Below are positions 23,500-37,309 of a stretch of 64,000 nt of DNA, in pieces. Position numbers and translations under genes: made by a program. The notes under the pieces were generated by a model, which saw nothing but the letters and a program-made list of their open reading frames with translations, was not told where the DNA came from and ran no database searches. Source of the stretch: Vicugna vicugna (Eukaryota); the NCBI GenBank assembly GCA_013265495.1, contig MU058257.1, positions 627,418 to 691,417 on the forward strand. Direction: 5' to 3'. Each line of letters starts with the position of its first letter. Position 1 is the first letter of the stretch.

Positions 23500-25783
23500 T
23501 GGGACAGAAAGGTGCCTGGGGCAGCTCGCCAACTGGTCTAACAAGGAAGTCTCAAAACCATGTCTGTAAAAGAAGGGAACTACGGTGTTACACGCCGTAT
23601 GGGGGTCCAGCAGGGAGCCTAAATCGTTTGATCTTTTCTTTAACTTTGTTTACGTGATGGACACAAATATCTGGCTTTCTTCTCTGAGCCTGGGCTCCGC
23701 GGACCCTCTACCACTTCAACGGCTGTGGGAGGGATCTTGGGGAAAGATTTATTGACTAGATAAGGGCGATGTACTTGGCATTTTTAGTTTCCAAGGAGCT
23801 CCTTTCAAATGCTGATGTGAAATTTGGAAGGAAGTCACCCTATGCATGGTTGAAACCGAGCAGGATGGATTCTCCCATCCCAAGACAGTGGGACCTGTCC
23901 AAGGACTCACAGGGCCAGTCAGGAAGGCGCACCTAGTAAGTCAGGTGACATGCACACTGTGAGCACTGTTTAGTGCAAAGGGCTATATGCCACAGTGACA
24001 GTGTCACTGGAGAGGTAGATTTCATATCTAGTCCATCGTAACCATGAAACAGGACTCCTTAAAGCATGAGAAACCCTCTGCAAAAGTTGGCCCCACTTCT
24101 GTGCAGCAAGATTGAGCTCTGCAGATGAAGTGCAGGCAGCTGAATGGTGACTGAATGGTTAAGCACCCTTGGATGCCAACGCCCATGGTCCCAAAGGTCC
24201 TGTTGCATAATCTCGTGTTAGTAAATGTTAATATTGGAAATCTTAATACGTTTCTGGTTTGGCGTTTTCTCTTTAAGAGCCGTTTATAAGACACGTACAC
24301 ACAAGAAGGCAGTTAAGCCATGACAGCACACACGTTTCTAGTTCTTTTTGCCTTGTTAATACATTAAATTTACAGTATAATTTGCAGAAAACCTCACCAT
24401 CCATAACTTGGCTGTTACTAGCCTGGTGATATCATAAAATATATGAACTTGGGGATTTTTGCAGTGGCCAGGACAGAGGACGGCTTCGCCTGAGAGAGTA
24501 ATTCAGGTATTTCTCCTGCTCCAGTGAATGGAAGTCAACCTTTATCTTCCACTGTTCTTTCCAATCTACGAATTTAACAAGGAATCTGCTCTAACTTTTC
24601 GTGTCTTCCTACTCTGTTATCTCCTTGTCCCAATCACATCATTTATGGAAATCTTGTTAAATTAAAAGAAATTAAAAAAATCAATGCCTTTTGCAGGGGA
24701 TGGGTGTGGAGTCAGAGTAGCTCAATGCTGAAGATTCAAGCCTGGCTAGAAAGGCTTTGAAACTCAAAAAATAAAATAAAATAGAAAGGGGAGAAAAAAG
24801 AGTGGGCGGGAGAGGACAGAGCAGAGGTAAAGGGCAAAAAAAGAAAGAGAAAAAAGCACATGGAGGAGTGAACGAGCATCCAGGACTCCGTGGGACCCTC
24901 AAGCTTCAAAATATTACCCAGGCCCTGCAGCCGCACGATCCTCATTAAATTCATTGGGAATAACCTGGCTAAATCCCTTCTTGACTCTTAAAAATAGCAG
25001 GAAACAATATCCTGAACTTAAAACAAACGTATAGTCGCTGTGAGCCAAGACCAGCCGCGCCTGGTGGACTCCCTTGGCCGCAGTCAGACCGTTAGCACCG
25101 TATATACACACGGATTTCATTTTAACTCTGGTCTTCACAACTGCCCCTTCCTCCCAGGCTGGCCTTTCCCTGGAAGTCGGCGGAGGTGCCTCGGTCCACG
25201 CAACACCAACAGGCTCTGGCTGCGCTCGGAGTGCCGGAGGTCCTCGTGGGGCAGGAGGCTTCCCGGGGGAGCTGGGCTTCTCATCGGTTCCCGGCAAAGC
25301 ATTACTCGGCTTTATGCATCTGATTACAGCCCAGACAGCATATGAGTATCATGCGCCCAAGGAACGTGTTATGTTGAGAAGAGTCCTCTACACGAAATCT
25401 TCAGACTCTGCTGGAGTCTGTAATGGCCTCGGCGCTATCGGGAGATGATGGAAGTTCGGGGTCTGATTTGCTGCTGCTTCTCAAGACGCCTGCAGTTCAG
25501 TGGGGATCCAGGAACCAGTGGGTGAGTCTGACCCCGGGGTGAGCACCTCAGAGTCAGCCCTGGTCCCTGACTCCACACACCCTCAAGCCCTGAACGCTGG
25601 CTTAGCCAGGAGGGGACGATGAACAGAACTCCTTCAAGCTCACACAGTTCCCTATCCACAGAAGAAGACTTACAGAGCCAGATTCATGACTCAGACAAGG
25701 GAAAAACAGAAACCAAGGTGATTCGTAAAGGGCTCTGGGTTGACTGTGGACCAGACCACCCCAGTCAGTAAGCCCTGTGGCTT

Positions 25784-26267
25784 TGTAACAGAGAAGAACC
25801 AACCTGGCCCCACCCTGGACCTGCGCCTTCGGCTCTAACCCTGTGCTCTGGGCTCAGTCACGCTGGTTCTGCACCTTTTGGAAAAGGATGTCCCCTAGAG
25901 CCTGAAATGCACAAAAGAGCCCATTCTCAAGGCCCTGACCTTTAAAAACAAAACACTTTTCTATTCACATAGAGATAAAAAGTTGCAGAACAGAAAATAA
26001 CAATTGTCTTGTTGGAGGTTTATAGGAACATTGTGACCTGCCCCACGTGGGCAGCTATGAGAACAAAGGATTCCGACACCAAGAAATTTGCAACAACCAA
26101 CCACACCCCCTTCCCTTTTAGTATAAAAAGAGCCTGGATTCTGACTCAGGCAAGATGGTTCTTTGAGACACTAGTCTGCTGGCTTTCGGAATAAAGTCAC
26201 TATTCCTTGCTCCAACATCTCATCTCTTGACTTATTGGCCTGTTGTACAAACTTGGACTCAGTAACA
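25784..26267 (+). mobile_element. Solo LTR (ERV1-like) in intron 12
   Basis: TGTAACA...GTAACA ends, TATAAAA at 26122, AATAAA at 26190, ~480 bp; no clear TSD. Confidence 0.75.
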
Positions 26268-28002
26268 GTGTGAGGGAACTTGTTCAGATGGTGGTACAAG
26301 GGGTCTCACTGGTTCATGATTTGTACACCTGCCCTCTGACCACAAGACACCCTAAAAGAAGACTGTCTGCCCTGGAGCTCATCTCTGAAGCCATCACACC
26401 AATGGCCTTGAGCTCATGGCCAAACCGCAAGTTCGCGGTCATTCCTGCTCTGATAACGTGGACCTCCAACACTGGGGCAGACTCATCCCATGTACCTTTC
26501 CATTCTCCCCAAGGCTATTGTCCACATTCGTATTTTTAATGATCCCTAGCTTTTCAGACAAGAAGAAGAGAGGTGAGATCAAACAGGCTAGCTGGCAACT
26601 TCCTCGCGGGTATAATTAACTCTCCGGCAAGAGGGAAAAATCAGAGCAACAGTTAAAATGTTTGCTGCATTCTTAAGAACATCACTTGTCCACCTCACCC
26701 CTCTTCCCTCTTCCAGAAAATCCTTGAAAGCCCACTGGCGGCGGCCCCACAGAAAACCACCCTGATGGGGCCGAGGATGAAAAGGAACCCAGGAATTTCC
26801 TACGGGGAAGATCGGAAGCAAGAGGCAGCCTCACTCAGGAGGGAGGCAGGGCCGCAGCCAGTCCCTGAAGGCCGCGTTGCATAAGCTGAGAAGATGCGGG
26901 TAGGACCCCTGTGTTGTTGGGATTCAGGTGAATCTTGGTTTCAACTTCGGTGTCTGGGGTGCCTGACTGAGCTGGTGTTGCAGGGAAGCCGTCACCCCCA
27001 GCCCACCGTGGGGAAACTGGGGTGAAGCTGGACTGATGGCAGGCTAGCTCTGCAGTGCATTTAATCAGAGCGCCAGGGACAGTGCCCTTGAAGGAAGTGT
27101 GCTGATTAGAGTGGCCCTTCCCACTTTCTGCCAGCTGGGGAGGGTCTCCCGCTGAGGCAGCACTGATGGGCACCACATGCCCCGGGAACAAGGGGCGGGG
27201 AGGCCCTGGCTGAGCGGCGTCAAGAGAGGAAATGGGAGAAGCTGGCGAGCTGCCCTGGTCACCTCACTCTAATGATTAACTTGAAAGTAGGTAAAGCCTC
27301 TGACTGCTTAGACGGACTGCTTCCCCTCGGGTGTGTCCGTGGGGAAGACCTTCCAAAAATACTAACGAAACACAAAACAGAGTGGCGGGGAGGCCAGCGA
27401 TCCCCTGCGGCTGGGCCCTGAGGACAGCAAACCAGGGGCTTTAGAAGCCACCAGGGGCTTCTGTTGACAAAAGGATGCGGAGATGCCCCTTGGGTGGGGG
27501 CTCCCCTCCCGGGCGGCGCCAGCCTCGCCTCCACGCACCCCGGCTCGTGGCTCGCCCACTGGAAACGCGGCTGTACAAGTGCCAACTGTGTGGCAGGCAA
27601 AACTGACAAACCCCGCCTGTCTCGGCTCGCAGAGTGGCGGTGAAAATAAATAGTCAGGCGGCTGCCTGGGAGATTTCCTTCCCCCGAGTTTGCAAACACA
27701 TTCCATGTCCTAGATGTGCTGCGTTTAAACAAAGTATGTTCCTTAGTGCCTGCCGTCGGGAGCGGGGACTGTCACCATTTGGCAGTTACTAATGGAGGAA
27801 ATCAAGAAACCTCACTCCCGGCTGCACGTGCACGTGGATGGGAGGGAAGCAGTGTTTATGGCTCGTGCTCGGGGACCAGATGCTGGTGGCGTCTCTGCTA
27901 GGACTTTGAGGCAAACGGAAACTGAGAACCAAGCAAGGCGCTATGTCTGGGTGGAGGGGAGGCATGCGTGAAATCTGCCACGTTTTCTCTTGCGTTTGAT
28001 AC

Positions 28003-28062
28003 CTGGCTGTAGGGTGCTGTCTATCATGGTTGGCTTTTCTGTGGTCAGCACAGTGGTACCAC
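28003..28062 (-). CDS. NRP1: NRP1 exon 12 (linker)
   Basis: Encodes (G)GTTVLTTEKPTMIDSTLQP; cag| and |gtatca; 60 bp. Confidence 0.94.
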
Positions 28063-30986
28063 CTGAAATACAAAAACAGCAACACACGGAGATGAGAAAG
28101 GGACAACATCGCGGGCCGCGGGCAGTAGAGAGACACCACACGCTTACAGTCATCGGTCAGCGGCAAACAGTTCCCTTCAATAATCCTTCCTTTAATTCCA
28201 GCTGGAGTTAACTGTCCCACTTAAATTTTGCTCACCACAGCAAAAAGTTCTAATAAGCCACTAGTTTTCACTCAACACATTTACTCATAAAGCACCCAGG
28301 CGGTATGGAGGGTTCCAGATTTCCTTCTGAGGGCATTCCCTGACTCCCAGACTGAAGGATGCTCGCAACAGAACAGTGAAAGGCAGAGGCCATGCTCCCA
28401 ATATCATTAGTGACTCGGACATTCAACTTGACCTAGACCTCTAAGCTTGCAGTAGCTTCCCAAGGTTTCAGATGTGTGCCTTCGTGGGGGTTGCAAGGCT
28501 GGTCTCCACAAACTATTTTAAAAACTGAAGGTTTAAAGCAGATGACAGTGATTCCTCCTTTCTTTTGCTGCCAAAGCTGTTTGTTTTTCCCAAGGACGAG
28601 TATTGCACCCAGTCTGCGGATCAGAGAAGCTGCAGAAAAAGGAGGAGGGAGACACATTTCTTCACAGTCCCAAGGAGCTGGGAGGCCGTGCAAACAAAGC
28701 CCCGGACACTGTGAACCGCAGTTGGTCGAGGTGGACTGGAGCTCCCGGTCCGGGCGCCACGCGGAAGCTTGCCTTCGCCCTCTTAGCTTTGCTGTCTTAG
28801 CTCGGCCACTTCTCCCTCTTCATCATGAGACTTCTGATTTAAAGCACTGTTCTTCAAATTCAAAGAATCACCTGGATGCTTGTTGGAGAAACTGGTTTGC
28901 TGTTTATTCCTTAGGTGCTGGAGGAGGAAGCCGTTTCTCCTCCTGTGTGTCTGCCTGGCATTCAGGGCTGGAGATCATCTATTTGCTTTCCCAAGACAGA
29001 AGGCCCTGGGCAGACTCAGGGGAAGGGCGTGAATGAGCTCGTGAAACCGCGGGAGTTTGAGGGGCTTACACGGTGCCACTGTAACCATCCAGTAGCATCA
29101 CACAGTAAAGCTTGTGACCATCTCGATCCTGGCCGAGCCCTGGTCCTATCCTGAAGCTCCCACGGATCAGAAATCACCCAGATCTTGAATCGGAGAGCCG
29201 TAAAACGGTGCTCTGGGGACAGCCTGCAGAGTCCTGTGCTAGTCACCTGCGACATGGTGTCAGGTGACCCCAGCGAATACGCCGGGTGGGCAGTCACACG
29301 TGTGCGTGTCCTCAGCGAGGCCGGCACCAGGAGATGGAAGTACGTGTATTGTGGGTTAAGAAGGTGAGTGTGTAATGGCAGGACTGGAGGGAATCCAGGA
29401 CACGCTAGCATTCTGTTCCCCGCGGTCTCAGAGGAGAAAGACTCAAGGTGAAAATTCACTTCTGAAAAACGATACGCGTTGTCAGTTTTGTTAGAAGCCA
29501 AATCCCGCTGTTGGGCACACGCAGATCCACCGTGAAGTTTGGCCCCCTGGTGCCTTTGAAGACAACTGTATCACCCAACGGCTTCAAAGGCGTTTGCCAG
29601 CGAGTCACTTCCAGGGCGACTTTTTGCCTTGGCAAGCCGGCAGTGGAGAGCGAAAAGCTCGCCTCACTCCCAGGCGTCGGGCCAGTCCACCCGGACCCCA
29701 GCACTGCAGGTGGTGAGCGGCCTGCTACAGTTCTTCTCTCCCACGACATTCAAATGGGTCAGCCCCAGAGGAGACACGGAAGTGACACCCTCCGTGTTAA
29801 GGAACCAAAGCCCGCTTAAGAGGACAGCGAGCCCAGTTTCCAGGTTCACCCCTTTGGGGCTAAAGGGAGACCGCTTTTAGTTTGGTTTCAGGACATCGAA
29901 CGCTCTCGGTCTGCAGCCGGGACAGGAGGCGCAGGGAGGGTGCAGGCTGGCGTGTGAGCCCAGGAGGTGAGATGCTCACACCTGGGCTAGGGGAGGCCAG
30001 GCTGCTTGCCACCACCAGCACGTGAGCACACCCTGCTTCAGAGAAGATGGACACAGGGCTTCCCAGAGCAAGATGAGCTTTGAAAAAAGGACAAACTGGC
30101 CACAGCCCAGGAATCGAATTTGAGGCGTGAGAGCACCTTCTAAAATCACATCTTCCTGATGGGAGGTGTCGGGGGGTGTTATCAGCACCCCTAGAAGTTT
30201 TTAATAGATGCTCGTGTTGATGGAATAATTGAGACACCTGTGATGGCCTGAGAACATGGCTCTTGTTTGGCCACAGTAATTACAATGCATTTTTTTCTCT
30301 CTACCCAATAAACAGTCATAAACACTGTGGATAAACGCTAACCTTGTACTTTTAAAGGGCTGTCAGTGTCTCCCATCGAAATGGCCCATTTTCTGTGGTC
30401 TGAAACTCGCTACCACACACAGTTTCCTCCAGGTTAACACACTTGCCCCATTTCATTCAAAGGCTTGGGTTTCAATTGATTCAGCCATGAACTGATGTAG
30501 AAATGAGGAGGCTGGTGTTTTGAGGTGGGGAGGCCGCCTGAGGCCCTGTCTCTGATCAGCACTAAGTGACCGCTGCCAGGTTTATGAAAGTGAGAGCGTC
30601 TCCTCAGGAGGGTGACTGGACAGAGGACTCTGCTGGCCGTGGCCATTCCTTTTTATGAAGAATTTCACTACGGACATGTGACCGGCTTTGCAAAAAGCCT
30701 GAGGTCTGTGGAGTGTTTAATGGAGCAGCCCTGGGAAGGTTCCGGAGGACCTGCCTCTCAGACTGGGCCTCTGCTTTCAACATCAGCTGCCCGGTTTTCA
30801 GCTGGAGCGCGACATCTTACAGAGGAAAGGGCTCAGCATTAATCAGAGTAATTTCGGTGGCTTGCGGCTACTTACAGACAAGATTTGTTTTCAAAAGCCC
30901 ACAGCCGTGAAATGTTTATTGGCCATGGACTGTGAGGGATTATTCTGGAAATTCGGAGGAAGAGAGACTTAGGAGGTGGGGTTGAC

Positions 30987-31114
30987 TTATTTATTTAGGG
31001 GGAGGCGATTAGGTTTATTTATTTGCTTATTTTTCAGTGGAGGTGCTGGGGACTGAACCCAGGACCTCTCGCACGCTAAGCAGGCAGTCTACCACGGAGC
31101 TGTGCCCCCACCCC
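30987..31114 (-). mobile_element. tRNA-derived SINE (vic-1-like)
   Basis: A/B-box tRNA-like head followed by an AAAT-rich tail with cctaat..cctcccc. Confidence 0.8.
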
Positions 31115-32090
31115 GTGGAGGGGGGTTTTGCACGCAAGCCCAGGTCATGAGCTAGGTTTCACCCCGTTCCATCTCAGAGCTCTCTCGCTCCTTCAGCGGA
31201 GAGCTTGGAAGTGACTGGAAGTGTACCGTGGGACGCTTCCTTCCAGATTTTACATGAGCACGTTAGCCAGTGCCTGGCGTCATCATAAAGTTACCCGGAA
31301 ACTAATTACGTGGCTACTCTGAATCTCTTCTGGGTGAAAATACAGACCTGCATCCAAGGCTCATGTTTAATGTAAAATGAGAGTCAGATGCTCTAAGAAA
31401 CTGAGTTTGGACCTGGGTAGCAGGTAAGGTCCCCCAGTGCCTTTGGCCACAACAGCGTGAGAGTCCGAGTGCCTTGGCCAGTTTCCAAATGGTGCAACCC
31501 CACCTCCCCAACCACCTGACGCTTCCTCTGCTGGTCCAGGTGGAAGCAAAGGTCACGTTCTAGCTTTTAGGGTTTTAGAATGTTATAAAGGAATCCTCTG
31601 AATGAATCTGTGAGGCACTGGGCACATGCCATCCGTGATGTATTTGCGAGGGGAGACGTGAACTGATGACTCAGTCTGCCTTTATCCTAGTGTAACGTGA
31701 TTTACCAAATCCTATCTTAAAAGCTGCATTTTCAATATAAGCCGGATTTCATCAATTAGTTGGACAAAGGATACACTCCAAAGATTTTATCCCTGCTGGG
31801 GAAGAAAAAAGAAACCTCCCCTGGGGTGCGGTTATGTTTGGGCGGTGTGCGTGTTAGTGGGGGTGGGCTGGGGTTGAAGATGAGAATCACTTTATGTGAC
31901 ATTTAGCCTTGGAGAAATTCTTATGCAAGGAAGACAGCCCCGGTCTTTGGCTCTGAACATGGTAAAATGATTATTTTGAATGGCTGTGGTGGTGAAGGAC
32001 AACTTGTTGACAGGATGTTGGGGGATGGAGGTGCCCATGGCTTGGCAGGGCTGCCTCCCCTGCGGTACCCTGATGCCTATGAGGATTCAG

Positions 32091-32132
<42 letters not shown>

Positions 32133-32200
32133 TCACTAGCATGTCTCAAGCGCGACAGATCTGAAATGGCAGGGCAATGGGATGAAGATGGTTTCTGCAC

Positions 32201-32305
32201 CTGTGAGCTGGAAGTCATCACCTGTTCCACTGTGGCAGCTGGTCTGGTCGTCATCACATTCGTCCACCAGGTTCCCATTGGGGGTGGTCGGTCCAGCTGT
32301 AGGCG
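32201..32305 (-). CDS. NRP1: NRP1 exon 11 (b2-MAM linker with the CHSG glycosaminoglycan serine)
   Basis: Encodes (A)PTAGPTTPNGNLVDECDDDQTSCHSGTGDDFQLT; cag| and |gtgcag; 105 bp. Confidence 0.96.
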
Positions 32306-32814
32306 CTGAAACAACACGCAAAGGTCATTTTCTCACACGTCTGAAATGGACTCCCCCACCCTGGGCCGCTGACTCTGTTAACGCTTTTGCAGAAAACTCT
32401 AATCTGTGGTGAACAGGCAGGAGCGTGGTTTGCCTCCCCTTCAGGAGAGAAATACACCTGGATTTTGCAGAATGCCCTGGGGACCACTCTGTTTGGGTAT
32501 TTGATCCCTCGCTCCTTAGCAGAGCTGGCTGCCTTCACCTTGTACGAACTGTTATCTCCTTACACATCCTTTGTCTGGAAAGCTCTTGAATTCTCACTGG
32601 TTATTTATTCATGACCCTGGAGCTGGGAACTTTGATGGCAGAGATTTTGCTTGAACTGTTTTTCCTTTCACTTTCAAGGCGCTAGAGAACTCAGGTGTCA
32701 TGACTTTTTTTACATTCTTGGTGTTTACTAAGTTTGCTAAGTTTATACTTTTTGTATGTATTTTTTTTTGCCCCAAAAGGGGAGTCTCAGCATTCACTTT
32801 TAGTACAATATTGT

Positions 32815-33040
32815 CCATCCTTCCGTCCTTCCTCCCTCCCTCCCTTCCTTTTCTTTCTCTTTCCCTCTCTTTCCGTCTTTTTTCTTTCCTTCCTTTCTCT
32901 CTTTCTTTCCCTTCCTTCCTTCTTTCCTTCCTTCCTTCCTCCCTCCCTCTCTTTCTTTCTTCCTTCCTTCCTTTCTTTTCTTTTCTTTCTTCCTTTTTCC
33001 CTTCCTTCCTTCCATCCTTCCTTCCTCTCTCTCTCTTTCT
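32815..33040. repeat. Polypyrimidine (TCCT/TTTC)n tract
   Basis: Nearly pure C/T run; a shorter one at ~34060-34165. Confidence 0.95.
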
Positions 33041-34212
33041 CGTCACTCCATTTCCCTGTGAGCCAGCTTCTCTGCTGGCAGTCCCTCCAGAGCAGGTGTC
33101 TGGGAGATCCCTGAGGTCACTGTTACCTGAACTCCCAGCAAGACTGCATTCCAGTGTTGGCCGCTGTTCCTACATCTTTGAGTTTGTGGTTGAAATGTAG
33201 CCAACGTTAATCAGAGACCGCTTTTGAAGGGCTTGCAATTTAGTTCCGTCTACTTTTTTTTTCTCTCAGCCTGTTACTCATTTTTGCAGTCTGTTTAATA
33301 TTCCACCGTGTTCAGCATTACCTTTCACTTTATAAGACCTGAGATAATGTACAGTTCTCCTGACGTCTGAGAGCCGGACAAGATGCTGGGAGTGAGGGGG
33401 CTGCTCTCTAAGGGCTTCTGGCCAGTCAGGAATGTGCTGCTAACAGCTGCTTTCTCAATAAAAATTACACTGTTTGTTACTGTGCTTAAGTTCTGAGCAG
33501 AGTTATAATCTAGATAGATATATAATATATAATAAGGTAGAATATGTTTATAATGTATAAGTAACTGTATTACATAGAAACATAGTTTCAACTTCTTCAG
33601 CTGCCCCAGAACACACACCAGTCATAAGTAAGGAATCACCCCGCCCAGAGAAGGTGCGCAGCGTTAGGTGCACAGTCTGCGCTTTGCAAAGTGCGCGCAC
33701 ACACGTGCTGGCCGCTCCTTGGCGCCACCACTGACTCAACAGAATCCTCTCTGGCGACCCGGATGCTTGCCTTTGCTAAGCTGCCCCGACTCCTGGTAAC
33801 GTGCCCCTTTTAAACTCTCTATTCATCTTGCTGATTTTTCTACATTCCTTATGGTATTTATAGAGGAAGAATTTTTTTGCCTTGGAAGCGGCCCTGGGGT
33901 AGTATCTGGATTAAATTGAAAAAAAAATAGAAAGTCATTTTTATGCCCCAATTTTACTACTTGAGAATTTTTCCTTTCTAAGGTTCTCTAATGGTTTCTT
34001 CAATAAGAGTGCCAGCCCCAAATCAGAGGGGCATGCGTGGATGGCTGGGTGGTACCTCAACTTCTTTCTTCCTTTCTTCCTTCCTTTCTTTCTCTTCCTT
34101 TCTTTCTTTCTTTTTCTTTCTGTCTTTCTTTCCATCCTTCCTTCCTTCCTTCTTTTCTTTCTTTTATATATATATTTTTCTTAAGTACCTTTCACCAGTC
34201 TGTCTCACTTTC

Positions 34213-34318
34213 GGTTTATTTATTTATTTTGTTTGTTGTTAATGGAGGTGCCAGGGATAGAACCCAGGACCTTGTGCACGCTAAGCACACACTCCACCTC
34301 TGAGCTGTACCCTCCCCC
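34213..34318 (-). mobile_element. tRNA-derived SINE (vic-1-like)
   Basis: Same family as the copy at 40635. Confidence 0.8.
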
Positions 34319-35639
34319 CACAACCTCTTTCTCTGTCCCTTTAAGTCCCTCCTACAGAATGAGGTCCGCAGTCGGTATTTAACAAGGGACTGTTAATCAT
34401 TTTAAGGAAGAAGAAAAACACTCCCTTTCACCACTGGTGTTAGAAAGCTTTGACAAGACTTTCCCCGGATGTGGCTTTCTCACGTGGCTCAAGCGACTTC
34501 CCCACTCGTGTGAGTGCTTTCAAACATCTGCAGAAAATCTCTTCACCACAACTTCCACTCACCACAGGTCTGACACTGGCAAACTGCCACCAGGCTCTGA
34601 CTTTTCAACCAGCCATCCAGCCCACCCCCTAAGTCACTGCTACTTTCCAGAACCCAGACTGGAGACCTGCACCAGGCCCCTCTTTTCAGAGGACCACTTC
34701 TCAGTGAGCTGGACTGACTGTCCATCTCAGTGAACGGGACAAGTTTCAGTGAGTTGTACGAATTGCGGTTGGTTCAGTCTGCCTGTGCCTTCTTTTTCTT
34801 GGCATCTTTGCCGAGAGTCCTGGCACATGGCCTTTCTTGGCTCTTGGCCTGTGTTGATAGTGACTGGATAATTCAGAGGTCAGGACAGGACTACAGATAT
34901 GGAAACAACTGCACAGTAAAGAATGGGAGATAATGGCTGGCTTTTCAATGAACACGTAGGGAAGCAAGATGAATTGTTCACCAGTTTGGTGATTTACAGC
35001 CTAAGATTCTTTAGTGCCTAAGACACGTTTTATGATATTTAATGTGCTCAGGAATGTAATTCTATTTGGGTAGCTCAACACACAAATAATTTGGAAAGCA
35101 CAAGAAGGTGATATTCAAAAAGCATCCTTCCAGACAACTCTGAGCATGTTCCATTGATTAACATCTGGGAACCAACAACAGCCACTCTCTGAGCTAACCT
35201 GAAGGAAGACCTTTATGGGGATGGAAAAGTTGGTATAAGGTTACTCATGTTTGCCCAAATCAAAGGCAGATGGGAATTCCAATGCACAAAAGCATTAAAT
35301 AGTACACGAAGCAACCATCGTTATCATTTTTGCAAACATTCATTTCATTCACTATGTGATTAAAAATGCAGAGCACGGTGCAATCCTGAGGTCAGTGTGA
35401 GAACACAGCTTCTCCTTGACATGGCCTTCCTATGATCATGCAAGTTCATGCCTTAACGTCTTCACACAGACCTCGGTGTATTGGCACGAACGCTATCTCA
35501 TGTAAAGTTTTGTTTCCCTGCAGCTGCCAAGATAATGTCTTGGTATTTCGGTCTGTCAAATGCTGCTTCCTGCTAGTATCTGCTGGTAGTCAGCACAGTA
35601 GATGGAAACGTGGACCCGACACAGATCTCTAAACGACGC

Positions 35640-35860
35640 CAAGAGAGTCAAGGAATCTGTGGTTGCCAGGGGTTGAGGGAGGTGCAGGGAGGGGACCGCT
35701 TACTGGGTAGGGGGCTTTACTTTGGAGGGAGGGAAATGTTTTGGAGCTAGAAACAGGTGTTAGCTGCATAAATAATGGTCAGTGTACTAAATGCCACTGA
35801 ACCGTTCATTTCAGTGGTGAGTTTTATGCCATGCGAATTTCACCTCGATACGTCATTTTC
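35640..35860 (+). mobile_element. Old L1M (L1MB-like) 3' fragment
   Basis: gtggttgccagggg...aaatgttttggagctaga...gtactaaatgccactgaa. Confidence 0.7.
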
Positions 35861-36106
35861 AATAAAAGTCAAAGATGACCCCACAGAGTCTGAGGCCCAC
35901 CAAGCAAACAAGCAAGACAAAAGTGGGGGGGGACACGGTTTCACGCGGGATGAGACGCCAAGCCCCCCAGACTGGCAGGCACGGGAGACCCAAGGTCACC
36001 CGGGGAAAGGCAGCAACTGGCAGCAGCACCATCGGGACGCAAACGCGTGAAAAGGAAAGAAGACGTCTGGGGAGGCAGAGGGGCCCTAGAAAGAAAGCAC
36101 GGCTAC

Positions 36107-36251
36107 CTTCCAGCTCGCAGCCCAGCAGCTCCATCCTGAGCCCGAGCCCGCCGTGGGTGGCTCTCTCCGGGTAGATCCTGACGAACCGCGTGGAGAGTGG
36201 CGGGAACGTCCGCAGCTCGGGCGTGTCGTAGTTGTTGTTTCCCTCAAATGA
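36107..36251 (-). CDS. NRP1: NRP1 exon 10 (end of b2)
   Basis: Encodes SFEGNNNYDTPELRTFPPLSTRFVRIYPERATHGGLGLRMELLGCELE; cag| and |gtagcc; 145 bp. Confidence 0.97.
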
Positions 36252-36499
36252 CTGCGAAGGACAGAGAACGGCGGGTGTCAACAAAACCTCCCCTTCAGCA
36301 CAAGAGTTCCTCCTTTAGGACACTTCACGGGCTGAGAAATGGGGCTCATTCCCCCCGCTTTGTGAACGGCTGGCATGCCCCTCATAAATAAGAGAAAAAA
36401 ACAATTAAACCTTCTCTAGGAAATGACAGCTGCCGTTTCTCAGAGTCTAGAGGACACACCATGGCTATATACCAGAAGTGGAGGGTTTAATGAGACACA

Positions 36500-36654
36500 T
36501 TTTTATTTATTATTATTACTTTAACCTTTTTATTCTTTTTTGGGGGGAGGAGGTAATTAGGTCATTTATTTATTTAAATGGAGGGACTGGGGACTGAACT
36601 CAGGACCTCACGCATGCTAAGCATGTGCTCTACTACTGAGCTGTAACTCTCCCC
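36500..36654 (-). mobile_element. tRNA-derived SINE (vic-1-like)
   Basis: Same family as the copy at 40635. Confidence 0.8.
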
Positions 36655-37309
36655 ACTTAGAAGTAACACTTTTACCACTTCCTTGAGATGGAGGAAGTTA
36701 ACTCAGGAAGAGAGCTTGCCATTTTTTGGAGCGGATAATAGACACCCCATTTCCAATAACTACCCCCCACTGTGTTCTCTTAAATGAGTGGGTCCTTGTC
36801 TTTGCTAAAACTTGGTCTTCCAGAAGAGCGAGGAGTCACATTCCCGAAGAAGGAGACAATCAACTGGGTATCATGCAACTCAAGAACCTGGGGCAGTGCA
36901 ACCCGCTGAACTGCTGTTTGCTCAAGCAGTACCAGCACCCGGAGGCTCCTGCAGATAAAAGGCCTCATCTCAGGAAGGTAAGAGGGTCCCGACCGCTGAG
37001 TGATGTTCCGATGGCCGGCTGCCCTGCAGTGAGTGGGCATCTCTTGGTGAAGACACACTTCAGGAGCCCGGCTGTTCTGGCCTTGCTGCCCCCGGATTAT
37101 TTTATGTCCCTTTTTACATTGACAGGCAGGCCCTTGAGTGGCATGACTGGGCCAGTCTCCTTTTTCCAGAGATGGATGAGCCTCCCTGCATCCTCTTCTC
37201 CCAACATCACTCCTAACTCTGTCCAGAATGGGAAGAGGCTGAGCAGGATCACAAAATCAACCTGCCTCATGGCTGGGAGCATCCCTGCTGAGATCAGACG
37301 TCCCGTGGT

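Noticed and set aside
32609..33200. Long Lys/Arg/Glu-rich and Phe/Leu/Ser-rich ORFs
   Set aside because: Translations of a polypurine/polypyrimidine simple repeat; the same applies to 33941-34303.
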